Shown piece after piece: positions 1 through 8,462 of a stretch of DNA of 52,958 bases. Positions within the stretch are counted from its first letter, which is position 1. Each line of letters begins with the position of its first letter. The notes beneath the pieces were generated by a model. It was not told the origin of the DNA. It made no database searches and was given only the letters and a program-made list of their open reading frames with translations. Both the position numbers and the translations under genes were made by a program. Location: the sequence record SRR20825006_1097; one strand, written 5' to 3'.

Positions 1-41
1 TAATCCGCGTGTCGGGGGTTCAAGTCCCTCTCCCGCTACCA
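1..41 (+). tRNA. 3' half of tRNA gene, probably elongator tRNA-Met (anticodon truncated by window edge)
   Basis: Last anticodon base T, then AA, TCCGC stem, GTGTC variable loop, T-arm GGGGG-TTCAAGT-CCCTC, acceptor strand TCCCGCT, discriminator A and encoded CCA (39-41). Met identity is from recalled resemblance to alphaproteobacterial tRNA-Met; only one anticodon base is visible. Confidence 0.9.
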
Positions 42-88
42 AAATTTTCCTTATGTTTCAGGTTATTAGGTGTGAGAAGATCTTCGCG

Positions 89-93
89 TTTTT
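89..93. repeat. 5-bp target-site duplication TTTTT, left copy
   Basis: Immediately precedes terminal TG at 94; identical copy follows terminal CA at 42161. Confidence 0.85.
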
Positions 94-142
94 TGTGGCG
101 AGGCGCTACCTTTGGGAAACTTTTGCGTTAGCTTTGGGAAAC
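94..142 (+). repeat. Prophage end (Mu R-end equivalent) with two putative transposase-binding sites
   Basis: CTTTGGGAAAC at 110-120 and 132-142 (22-bp period). Confidence 0.85.
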
Positions 143-237
143 CAAAATAGCGTATTGTGGCGCGGCGGCGACTTCTGGACAAACCAGCACTCTCATTTAG
201 ACAAAGTTATTTGAATTCTAACGGTTGCAGCGTCTCG

Positions 238-702
238 TTAGTTTTTTTGGAAAAAAGTCGATAGCAATTCCGGCAGCATCTTTACCCAGTCAGCAGCAAA
301 CACCCCAACCAAAAAAATAAACAGCCCGACGCCTAAACTTATGAGTGCCGCTATCACTCTTTCTCGGACTTGTCTTTTCCCCAAACTGGATTCAACTTGC
401 AAAAGTAGAGCAGATGCATCTTGCTCAGAGATTGTGGCAAGTTCTGAATAGCGTTCAATGTCTCCTTTGAGTTTCGTAAGTTTATCTGCGCGCTCCGTCA
501 CCGTTGCTTCTAGATTGGCGATTAGCTCATTTGATTTTTGGAGAGCCGCAACGACTTCCGATATTTGCTTGTCTAGCTCTTTGTCCGAACCAGAAATTCC
601 TGCAAGCACACGCGCAAAGTCGATATAAGGACCAACGGTGATAGATAGTAAAGTTCTAGAAAGTGCGTCTGCAAGTCGAGTAACGGATGTTTTATCAGTC
701 AT
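238..702 (-). CDS. Hypothetical coiled-coil protein with C-terminal transmembrane helix
   Basis: 154 aa; heptad-like middle; hydrophobic VIAALISLGVGLFIFLVGVFAA; overlaps the end of the upstream gene by 8 nt. Confidence 0.75.
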   Translation of the reverse strand: MTDKTSVTRLADALSRTLLSITVGPYIDFARVLAGISGSDKELDKQISEVVAALQKSNELIANLEATVTERADKLTKLKGDIERYSELATISEQDASALLLQVESSLGKRQVRERVIAALISLGVGLFIFLVGVFAADWVKMLPELLSTFFQKN

Positions 703-1951
703 TTTGTTTCTCCGGACGTTGCATAAATAGTCCCCAAAAACTGCCTTGTCTTTTTAGTTTGATCGTATCTGTGGAGTGGATGGTTGTCGCCTTTCGACGT
801 TCATTGCCCGCGTCTGTCAACACTTCCAAGTCCGGGTGTTCAAATGCGGCGGCATCGATATCTTCTTTGTGCGCAGGTGTTAAATTGTAGATGTTTTCAT
901 AGAAGTCATGGACAACTAAAGTGTCGCCGAACTCTGAGATGAGCTTTGGAATATCTTCGAGTAACTGTTGCTTTGAGGATGCACGGCCCGATACATCGAA
1001 AAGATACGGTGCGCCATCTTCTCTGGGATCATATGACAACATGTTTAGGCCAGACCTGCCGAAGTGTGCCTGCAAAGTAGCATTGTCGTGTAGAGTTATA
1101 TTGTATTCTTGTCTTGCACGATATGAGTTGGCGAAGTGTATCAACCAATAACGCCAACCGCTGGGATTGTTGATAGAAAATGGGCTCACGTAAGGTGCGC
1201 ACCGATAAAAATTTTCGAAAACAAGACGTTCCGCTTTTCCTAGCCACTCATCGTTGTTGCGGCCACCCGCCAATTTTGACATTTCAGTTTTTTCAATGTC
1301 GAGTTTATGCAGGCGTTTCGCGAGGCCGTCTGGATTGCTTTTGTTCAGATATGCGAGCAGAGAACTGATCATGAATGTGTAGAAAATCTCGACTGACTTT
1401 CCAAGGCGCATAATGTCGATCAAAGTCGACATTTTGACATGGGAGTCGCCACATTGATCTAGATTGAATAGACAATTGCCGTAGCCGCCAGATTTTAGTT
1501 TTTCTTTTATTCTTGGATAGGCGGTTTCAAAAAAATCTGACGTGTATTCGACTTGAATTTGAAGGTTTTGGCATTCTTCTTTGGCGGCCAGAAGTATAGG
1601 AGTACAGTTTCCTCTTAACAAATGAACAACATCTTCATCTGCATCGTTCAATAGCAAGAGACACTGTACCTCAATTGTACGCATTCCCTGCTGTGCTCGT
1701 AAGAGGTTAATTGCATTTACGGTCCGCGAAAGACTCTCAATAAAGATAATGGGTGAACCGGGTTCTCCGCCCTTATAACGACCGCCTCCGGCGAAGCCAT
1801 CAACAATTGCAAGTCGAAACCGCTCTTGCCTTGGACTTTGGCAGCGAATGGAGAGATACTTTTGGAAGTATTCAGCCAGAATTTTGTGTTTTCGTTTTGA
1901 GTGTTCGTCTAAGATCTTGCCATCACGCCATGGGAATTCTTTTTTGGGCAC
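695..1951 (-). CDS. tcmP: Three-Cys-motif partner protein TcmP-like (methyltransferase fold)
   Basis: HSKRKHKIL..Y N-terminus, SAM-binding-like IVDGFAGGG motif, directly downstream of a DUF5131 gene (its usual partner). Confidence 0.85.
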   Translation of the reverse strand: MPKKEFPWRDGKILDEHSKRKHKILAEYFQKYLSIRCQSPRQERFRLAIVDGFAGGGRYKGGEPGSPIIFIESLSRTVNAINLLRAQQGMRTIEVQCLLLLNDADEDVVHLLRGNCTPILLAAKEECQNLQIQVEYTSDFFETAYPRIKEKLKSGGYGNCLFNLDQCGDSHVKMSTLIDIMRLGKSVEIFYTFMISSLLAYLNKSNPDGLAKRLHKLDIEKTEMSKLAGGRNNDEWLGKAERLVFENFYRCAPYVSPFSINNPSGWRYWLIHFANSYRARQEYNITLHDNATLQAHFGRSGLNMLSYDPREDGAPYLFDVSGRASSKQQLLEDIPKLISEFGDTLVVHDFYENIYNLTPAHKEDIDAAAFEHPDLEVLTDAGNERRKATTIHSTDTIKLKRQGSFWGLFMQRPEKQND

Positions 1952-1980
1952 GAGTCCCCCAATATGGAATCAAATTAAAT

Positions 1981-2763
1981 CTATCTAGCAATGATTTCAT
2001 AGCTTGGCATTTGGTTCCAGTGTTTCCCTTTATAACTCCGGCCGTTAGCCTTTTTTGAGCGCCTTTTATTGTCTTTTCCCCAGGTTCCCCATTGTTTAAA
2101 GAAAAAGGCAGTTTGAAATTCCAAACATTGATTGTGAATTTCATCAATCCACTCTTCTTTAATTGGGCGAGCTGAGTGGCCACTTTCGCCGCCAACAATT
2201 GCCCAATGAATGCCGGTTAGATCAACAAGGCCAACAGACCCAATTAGCGGCTCAAATGAAATGAATCTGATTGCGGCCGGTACCTCACGAAGCTCGGCGA
2301 TACGTTGCACGACATCGGAGTTCTCGACACTTGTGCCAAGCCAAACGTTAGGTAGGGGCTTGGCAAAGTGTTGGCCAATGAGTTGCGCCATACGGTCAGG
2401 ACGTTTAGTCAAAATTTGGTAGTGGTGATGCGGCGTTTGGCGCATAATGTCCCAAACATCAATGATGAATTTATCGCTGACTTCAGGATGGAATAGATCA
2501 CTCATTGAGTTGACAAATATCTTACGCGGTTTTCGCCATTTGAGTGGAATTTCGAGTGCGTTCCGGTCTTCACGAACAACGCCATTCCACACGGTGCGTT
2601 TGCCTGATTTTCGCGTTAAGCCGACATATTTAGGCGTTCCCATGGCTTCCAAACGCTTGGCCATTTGCATTGCATAGCAATTGGTGCAACCTGCTGATTG
2701 TATGCTACAACCAGCTACAGGGTTCCAGGTTGCATCTGTCCATTCAATCTGTGTCTCAGCCAT
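1981..2763 (-). CDS. DUF5131 family (phage Gp37/Gp68) radical-SAM-like protein
   Basis: IEWTDATWNPVAGCSIQSAGCTNCYA three-Cys motif, FVNSMSDLFH, ILTKRP, VGGESG, FFFKQWG; start set at ATG 2763. Confidence 0.92.
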   Translation of the reverse strand: MAETQIEWTDATWNPVAGCSIQSAGCTNCYAMQMAKRLEAMGTPKYVGLTRKSGKRTVWNGVVREDRNALEIPLKWRKPRKIFVNSMSDLFHPEVSDKFIIDVWDIMRQTPHHHYQILTKRPDRMAQLIGQHFAKPLPNVWLGTSVENSDVVQRIAELREVPAAIRFISFEPLIGSVGLVDLTGIHWAIVGGESGHSARPIKEEWIDEIHNQCLEFQTAFFFKQWGTWGKDNKRRSKKANGRSYKGKHWNQMPSYEIIAR

Positions 2764-2854
2764 GGGTGCCTCATCAATCAATTTAATTAAATTGTACTTT
2801 TATGCCGTAAACGAAGAAATAATATTTACCGGACCAGCCTGTAAAAAATCCATT

Positions 2855-3655
2855 CTACCTTGATTTGTTCGAAACCAACAACTCACCGACATCTTTGCCC
2901 CCTTGAGTGCCGCTAGTGTAGCGCGTGCGAACGGGCTGGAGCTCGAAGTTGGAAAAGATGCTGCGGACCTGTGGCACATCATTGATCGACAGGATAAAGC
3001 GTCCTTTGATGCTGTTGAGCTGATCGGCCATTTGCTCAAAATCGCTTTTTGAAAATATCCCCTTTCCATAGTCGTTCTCACAATCCCAATAGGGCGGATC
3101 GAGATAAAATAGGGTGTCTTTGCGATCATAGCGCTCAATGCACTTGGCGTAGGGCAGGCACTCAATCGTCACGCTTGATAACCGGTCATGCACATCTTCT
3201 AATTGGGCTTCTATTCTCGAAAGATTGAACCTGCTGGTATCAAGTTTGACGCCAAATGTTTGTTTGATTGATTTGCCGCCAAAGGCAGTTTTTTGAAGAT
3301 AGATAAAGCGTGCAGCACGTTCCAAATCGGTGAGGGTTGTTGGATCGGTTGCTTTCAAACGCTCAAATTCCGACCGGCTTGAGAGTTGATATTTCAGTGT
3401 GTCCAGGAATTGCGGGTAGTGACGTTGGAGGATGCGAAACAGGTTGGCGATGTCTTTGGAAATATCATTGATTACTTCGCATTTAACGCGCTCGGTGCGG
3501 CGAAAGAAAATGCCGCCCATGCCGACAAATGGCTCGACATAATTTTGATGTGGGGTGCTTTCAATGATCGGCACAATAGTCTTTGCCAAAAGGCGTTTAC
3601 CGCCTTGATAGGGTGCAACCGGATTGACAGCAACAGATTGGATTTGTTTGTTCAT
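2855..3655 (-). CDS. dam: DNA adenine methyltransferase (Dam/D12 class)
   Basis: PYQGGK, YVEPFVGMGG, YLDPPY motifs; occupies the mom-equivalent position. Alternative GTG start at 3685. Confidence 0.92.
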   Translation of the reverse strand: MNKQIQSVAVNPVAPYQGGKRLLAKTIVPIIESTPHQNYVEPFVGMGGIFFRRTERVKCEVINDISKDIANLFRILQRHYPQFLDTLKYQLSSRSEFERLKATDPTTLTDLERAARFIYLQKTAFGGKSIKQTFGVKLDTSRFNLSRIEAQLEDVHDRLSSVTIECLPYAKCIERYDRKDTLFYLDPPYWDCENDYGKGIFSKSDFEQMADQLNSIKGRFILSINDVPQVRSIFSNFELQPVRTRYTSGTQGGKDVGELLVSNKSR

Positions 3656-3702
3656 TTTTTGTGAATGTCTTTCGGCCAAAGTCACCCTCGCTTGTGCAAG
3701 CA

Positions 3703-3816
3703 GACGGGTGAGGCGTTAAGATTATTGTCGTCTTGCGGGGCTGGATTTAGCGATTTGTCCCCGTAGCCTGCCTTTCAATTGTTCCACCAATTGAAAGGCG
3801 GCCGCCCGTCATTTTT
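3703..3816 (+). ncRNA. Putative structured RNA upstream of / antisense to the dam leader
   Basis: Closing stem GACGGG(3703-08)/CCCGTC(3805-10) enclosing CGGGG/CCCCG and a perfect 12-bp hairpin, followed by ATTTTT. Confidence 0.55.
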
Positions 3817-3869
3817 GAAGTTGAGCAATCTCGCTTTCTTAGGTTGATTTGCAGTTGAGCGGGACCGGA

Positions 3870-4346
3870 TTAACCGATCCTTGCGCCTTCGCATTTGCCT
3901 TGCCGATGAACCTGATTGAGCTTCTCAACAAACGCTTTGAGTTCACCAGGCGAATAGCTGGATGGGTTGGGTATGCCCAATGAGGCGGCGATGAGTTCTG
4001 AGCAAAACCAGCGCCGATTGTCTTGCCGACGCCAGTTGAAAAATTGCGAAAAGATCAAACCGGCAAAGTCATATTTTGCGCCAAGAAACTGTTTGAAGAA
4101 TGGGGCGAGATCGCCCGCATACCATTCAACTTCAACAATGTCCCAATGGCCGGGTTTGAGAATGATATTTTTGACGCGCACGCCGCCATCCCGAAGGCTG
4201 GATGAGGTGCAGCACATAGAGCCATCAGCAAAGTAAAAGCTTGGCTCGGTGATCAACTCAACATGGCTATAAGGCGAACGGGTAACCAGGCGGATCAACT
4301 GATCCACCCATGTGCCTTCAGCCTTATAGAATGCCAGACACGCCAT
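3870..4346 (-). CDS. Phage protein, permuted papain-like (NlpC/P60-type) putative hydrolase
   Basis: His motif YSHVEL precedes Cys motif WFCSE; GAKYDF motif between. Confidence 0.65.
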   Translation of the reverse strand: MACLAFYKAEGTWVDQLIRLVTRSPYSHVELITEPSFYFADGSMCCTSSSLRDGGVRVKNIILKPGHWDIVEVEWYAGDLAPFFKQFLGAKYDFAGLIFSQFFNWRRQDNRRWFCSELIAASLGIPNPSSYSPGELKAFVEKLNQVHRQGKCEGARIG

Positions 4347-4348
4347 GG

Positions 4349-4753
4349 TCAGAACTGTGATGCCAGGGCAATGACCTCAGGTGGGCAGTCAGGCCAATTG
4401 GCGTCGTCGGTGATCACGGCGTTGGCGTCAGCTGCAAGCGTTGCAATATTTGCGCGCATTGCTGCGACCCAATCAATGGCCAGTTCCGCATTGGCCAGCA
4501 CGGCTTTTTCAGCCTCGGTTCGGTTGGCAGTAGTTTTACCGGAAATCACGGCTGAGGCAGCGGCCATATTCATTTGGCTTTCGGCATCGGCAATTGCGTA
4601 GATGCGGCGGCGGCATTCTTTTTTGACCCGATCAAGGCGATGCGCAGCTAGAACTTCATCAATCGCCGTTTGTGGTACACCAGCATTTAGCAATTCTTCG
4701 GGTGTCATGGCCTGATACCCAACACCGTTGTGTTCGAGAAAATCGATTTGCAT
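4349..4753 (-). CDS. Putative tail fibre assembly/chaperone protein
   Basis: Follows fibre gene; VKKECRRRI and C-terminal DDANWP..P pattern. Confidence 0.6.
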   Translation of the reverse strand: MQIDFLEHNGVGYQAMTPEELLNAGVPQTAIDEVLAAHRLDRVKKECRRRIYAIADAESQMNMAAASAVISGKTTANRTEAEKAVLANAELAIDWVAAMRANIATLAADANAVITDDANWPDCPPEVIALASQF

Positions 4754-4777
4754 TTTTCACTCCTTGGAGTTTAGGGC

Positions 4778-5536
4778 TTAAACTGTGGTCAGGTTGGTCA
4801 CCAACCAAGGCAACGTGTTGGATGCGACACCAGCTGGGTTGCCCTGTTGGCCAAAAAGCATGCCATTTGGATTTGTCACGGGGCCTGGATAGGTGTTGCT
4901 ATAGGACAAAAAGCGCATCGTCTGTGAGCTTGCGAAGAACGGCGAGAGTGGATTTGTAGGGATTACAATTTCGCAATCACGGACGAGAACATTCATGTGT
5001 CCCCATTCCTCAATTGTGGCGAACAATGCTGTGTTTGCGCTAACATATGCTTCAAAGCCTGTAATCTCGGGCATTACAATGCGAATATCGAAGAAATAAA
5101 GGGCACCGATATTCCCGGTCGAAATGTTTGTGTTAACGCGATATTGCGTGTCGCCTACCGTCGAAACATAACGTTCAAAGGTAAGTGAAGGCATCGGTCC
5201 ACCTGCATTCCTGAACAGAACGGATCGACCATTTAGATTAAGGCTCTGGAATAGATGGTAATCTCCAGCCAACTTTATGGTAACAAGTCCACCACGCGGT
5301 ACTAGGTCGACAGCGTGCTGGATGTCTTTGAATGGGGATGCAGATGTACCTTCATTCGCGTTGTCACCGTTCTCTTGGTCAACCCAAAAAGTCGCAACAT
5401 AATTTGCTAAGATGCCGTCATAGCGGTTCGTGAGTTCGGTGATCTTCACATTAGCAGCATCAGAAACTTGCTGTGGCAAATCCAACAACAGTCCAGCTTG
5501 GCTGGTCAGATCGGCGATGGCTTGATCGAGGCTCAT
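4778..5536 (-). CDS. Putative tail fibre / receptor-binding protein
   Basis: N-terminal coiled coil, then FWVDQENGDNANEGTSASPFKDIQHAV (beta-helix-associated start motif); position after the tail-collar gene. Confidence 0.65.
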   Translation of the reverse strand: MSLDQAIADLTSQAGLLLDLPQQVSDAANVKITELTNRYDGILANYVATFWVDQENGDNANEGTSASPFKDIQHAVDLVPRGGLVTIKLAGDYHLFQSLNLNGRSVLFRNAGGPMPSLTFERYVSTVGDTQYRVNTNISTGNIGALYFFDIRIVMPEITGFEAYVSANTALFATIEEWGHMNVLVRDCEIVIPTNPLSPFFASSQTMRFLSYSNTYPGPVTNPNGMLFGQQGNPAGVASNTLPWLVTNLTTV

Positions 5537-5539
5537 GGT

Positions 5540-6085
5540 TTAGCTCCAACGATTTGAAAATAAAGGGATGGTTCGCGCGATTTCACTTTCAACAACACGG
5601 CGTTGCAGACGTAAGATTTCCGCTGAAAGTTGGGCCAATGGACCACCAATGGTGAGATTGACTTGCGGGCCGGATGTAACAATCGTCACGCTATTTGCGG
5701 GGACGCCGGAAAGTGCCAAATCATAGGCCACGGCCAAGGGCACACCGGCAGTCTTATAGGCCAGCACTTTTTCAGGATCGCTCCACACGGCGAGGTGGGT
5801 GCCATCCTCCAAAATGAACGCCAATTCTTTGATCCAGAATTGTTCGCTGCCTTCAAGTAAGGCCTGCACCTGAATTTGAAAATCAGACACGCGCTCACCG
5901 CCACCAACGGGCACCCGAACGCGTTCATTTTTGAGGGCAGTTTCGTTGCCGGTTGGAAGATAGCCGCCGCCAGCGCCACCATCACCAAAAGCGATATGGG
6001 TGATGGCCGCATCGAGGCCCGTATTGGCGGCGTTAAAAACGGCGCGCAAACCAACGGATGTGAGTTTTGGTTTGAGGGCTTCCAT
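5540..6085 (-). CDS. Phage tail-collar fibre protein (fibre N-terminal module)
   Basis: LTSVGL...ITHIAFGDG...TALKNE...IKELAF..EDGTHLAV pattern. Confidence 0.8.
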   Translation of the reverse strand: MEALKPKLTSVGLRAVFNAANTGLDAAITHIAFGDGGAGGGYLPTGNETALKNERVRVPVGGGERVSDFQIQVQALLEGSEQFWIKELAFILEDGTHLAVWSDPEKVLAYKTAGVPLAVAYDLALSGVPANSVTIVTSGPQVNLTIGGPLAQLSAEILRLQRRVVESEIARTIPLFSNRWS

Positions 6086-6838
6086 TTATGCGGCCTCCAT
6101 AGAAATGGTTTGGATTTGAAGTGAGGTTGCGGCGCTGGCTGATTGCATAATGTTGGCAAAGCCAGTGTTGGGATCGGCGCTTGCTGATAAACAATCAAAT
6201 TGAATGGCTGTGGTCCCGCTTGCGCCCCTAAAGTCAGTTTGAAAGTCGGTGTTGGGTGAGGCGCTAAAATTGTCCTGGTCAAATGCAAGGCCAGTTGTGC
6301 CGCTGCACAGTTCAAACGCGCTGTCGAAACCAACGCCTAGGCGAAAGTCGGTGTCTTGTGACCAGCGTTTGGTAGCATTGATAATCTTGAGCGCGGCGCG
6401 CTGCACACGCTCATTTAGCAGCACCGGTTCATCGCCATAAACAGGCTCGTTTACATAAACTGTGATCTGATGCGTGTGCGGCGCGCCAATAGGTGTTTGC
6501 TCATACCATTGCTCGATGTCGGCCTTTGCACCAATCGCAGCCAGGGCATCCAATATGGCTGGGTCAGTGCCTTTGGCTTCGTGCAAATCGAAGGCCATAT
6601 CGATCAGTTCTTTGGTGGGTTCTTCAGGTAAGCCATCAAAGGTGAAAAACTCGTCTAATGACCGCTCCGCCAAAGCAAGGGGAAGCATATCGGTGGTCAT
6701 TTCTGATGAGATGCGGGCCAGCAATTGGGTAAAGTCAAATTCGGCCACCAGAACATCAAAGCCTTGCCACAGCTCAACAATGCGTTGTTCATTAATGCCT
6801 GGCGGGATCAGCTTTTCATCAAAACGACGGTTAGACAT
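6086..6838 (-). CDS. Baseplate wedge / tail protein, P2 gpI-like
   Basis: LPLALAE..LD, LHEAKGT, IEQWYEQ, PHTHQI motifs; follows the J-like gene. Confidence 0.8.
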   Translation of the reverse strand: MSNRRFDEKLIPPGINEQRIVELWQGFDVLVAEFDFTQLLARISSEMTTDMLPLALAERSLDEFFTFDGLPEEPTKELIDMAFDLHEAKGTDPAILDALAAIGAKADIEQWYEQTPIGAPHTHQITVYVNEPVYGDEPVLLNERVQRAALKIINATKRWSQDTDFRLGVGFDSAFELCSGTTGLAFDQDNFSASPNTDFQTDFRGASGTTAIQFDCLSASADPNTGFANIMQSASAATSLQIQTISMEAA

Positions 6839-7982
6839 TGGCTGCCTCCATAGTGAGGCTGATGCCGGTTAAAAGACCAAATTGATGCGGCTCTAATTGG
6901 CGATTGGCGGGGCCATAAATGGTGAGATCAATATCCACCACACCTTCAATTTTGCCCGCGCCACAAGTAAGGGTGTTGATGGCAAGAAACTGACCAAGGC
7001 TTTTGGCGTAAACCAAAGCGGCGCGCGCAATCTCATCTTCAACAAGGTTTTGAATGGCCACCGGGTCGCCCGCATAACGCACCGTGCCGCTCACGGTGAA
7101 GGTGATCGCTTCAGGCGCTTTCACTGTCACATTGTCCCCTTGTGGGCGCTTGTCCAACGGTGACATCCAGTCATCAATATCGGAAAGGGTTGCCGCGTTC
7201 GGTGCACCGGTGTCCAGTAAAGGATAAATCCAAATATGACCTTCTTGCGGGCGGATCACTTCCACATCGATGATGGACGGGGAAAAGGCGCGCACTTGCT
7301 GCTTATAGCTGGCAATGGGGCCAGCTTTGGAAATCCGATCATGGGCGGCCATGGCGCGAAAGCGCAAGGCATCATCACTTTCTTCAGCCGCTCCGCCAGT
7401 GCTGGCATCCATGTTGGTAACGGTGAGGGTTGTTGGCAATTGATCCAATGGCTTTGAGATTTCGCCAATGTCGAACCCATTTCCGACGGTACCAGGTTCA
7501 CTTGCGTGGGCGGTGATCGCGCCGGTCAAATCGCCTGATTGGATCAGTAAATCATCTTGTGTGATGAAGTAGATCGCTGCGCTAGTGTTGGTGCCAATGC
7601 GGGTGCCTTGGGCTATAAACACATCGCTTGTCTGCGCTTCAGCTAAAGTAAATTGCAGTGTGCAACTGGCTGAGCTGGCTTTTAGCCGGAAGGTTGAATT
7701 GTTGGCGGCTGCCACATCCAAATTGTTGCCGGTGGCAAACAAAAGCCAACGCTGATCGGCTGCAAACTGTGCTTCTTTGCCCAAAAGTGAAAGGGCGTAA
7801 GCGATCATATGGATGAGCACCATTTCAACCTGGGCAGGGAACAGGGTGCGCTTCGGACCTTCAGGATGGCTTTCAAACCAATCTACCAGTTTGGCGGTCC
7901 AGTCTTTGGCGTTGGTGGTGAACAATTGGGGCGCACCACGGGCAATCAATTCTTGTGGAGTAAATGCTTTGATCAGGCTCAT
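6831..7982 (-). CDS. Baseplate J/gp47 family protein
   Basis: ATGNNLD, GTVGNG, GGAAEESDDALRFR, AGPIASY motifs. Confidence 0.92.
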   Translation of the reverse strand: MSLIKAFTPQELIARGAPQLFTTNAKDWTAKLVDWFESHPEGPKRTLFPAQVEMVLIHMIAYALSLLGKEAQFAADQRWLLFATGNNLDVAAANNSTFRLKASSASCTLQFTLAEAQTSDVFIAQGTRIGTNTSAAIYFITQDDLLIQSGDLTGAITAHASEPGTVGNGFDIGEISKPLDQLPTTLTVTNMDASTGGAAEESDDALRFRAMAAHDRISKAGPIASYKQQVRAFSPSIIDVEVIRPQEGHIWIYPLLDTGAPNAATLSDIDDWMSPLDKRPQGDNVTVKAPEAITFTVSGTVRYAGDPVAIQNLVEDEIARAALVYAKSLGQFLAINTLTCGAGKIEGVVDIDLTIYGPANRQLEPHQFGLLTGISLTMEAANV

Positions 7983-8368
7983 TGGGTTTGCCCCAACAGA
8001 TCAATGTCCGCTTGGCGGATTTGCTTCTCCACATCTTCAACTAGGTGATAGGAAATCACCGCTTTAAAATGATGAAAGCCCTCTTGGGTCACCTCTACAT
8101 TGTCCAATACAATGCGCGGTTCCCAACGGGTCAGTGCATCCCAAATTTCGCGTGAGATTTCAGGGATGGCGATTGCAGGTGGCCGGTCCATAAAGTTCAG
8201 CGCATCGCAGAACTTTTCCAATTCGGTCGGCACAGACAATTTGGGGGTGAGCACAATAATACGGATCGCTTGCTCGATATCTTCAATGCCAGAAACCAAT
8301 TGTCCCCAATTGTCCGCCTTGCCGGGCTGGACTTTTGTTTGCCAATGGAGATGATGAGTTTCAAACAT
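7979..8368 (-). CDS. Baseplate wedge protein gpW/gp25 family
   Basis: DIEQAIRIIVLTPK.S.P....F, ALTRWEPRI. Confidence 0.9.
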   Translation of the reverse strand: MFETHHLHWQTKVQPGKADNWGQLVSGIEDIEQAIRIIVLTPKLSVPTELEKFCDALNFMDRPPAIAIPEISREIWDALTRWEPRIVLDNVEVTQEGFHHFKAVISYHLVEDVEKQIRQADIDLLGQTQ

Positions 8369-8436
8369 AGCGGAAAACGGCGATCCAATATTGGTCTGTT
8401 TTCCAACAATTTAGGCATTATTATTAGGCGATGTGA

Positions 8437-8449
8437 CGGAACAGTTCCG
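8437..8449. promoter_or_regulatory. Palindrome CGGAACAGTTCCG, putative late-activator (Mor/C) site
   Basis: Same core upstream of two other late operons (20609, 29221); 70 nt upstream of the gpW start. Confidence 0.7.
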
Positions 8450-8462
8450 GCGGAGGGTGGGG

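Noticed and set aside
1-142. Integrase-type attL/attR at the tRNA, with TTTGGGAAAC as arm sites
   Set aside because: No integrase and no duplicated tRNA 3' end seen in the window; the motifs recur inverted at 42011-42145 at the same offset from TG/CA ends, which fits transposase sites better.
3690-3870. Mu com-like zinc-finger gene before the methylase
   Set aside because: No ORF with two CxxC pairs is evident; the interval is filled by stem-loops.
3870-6085. Invertible G segment or diversity-generating retroelement at the tail fibre
   Set aside because: No invertase, reverse transcriptase, inverted fibre copy or TR/VR repeat pair seen.
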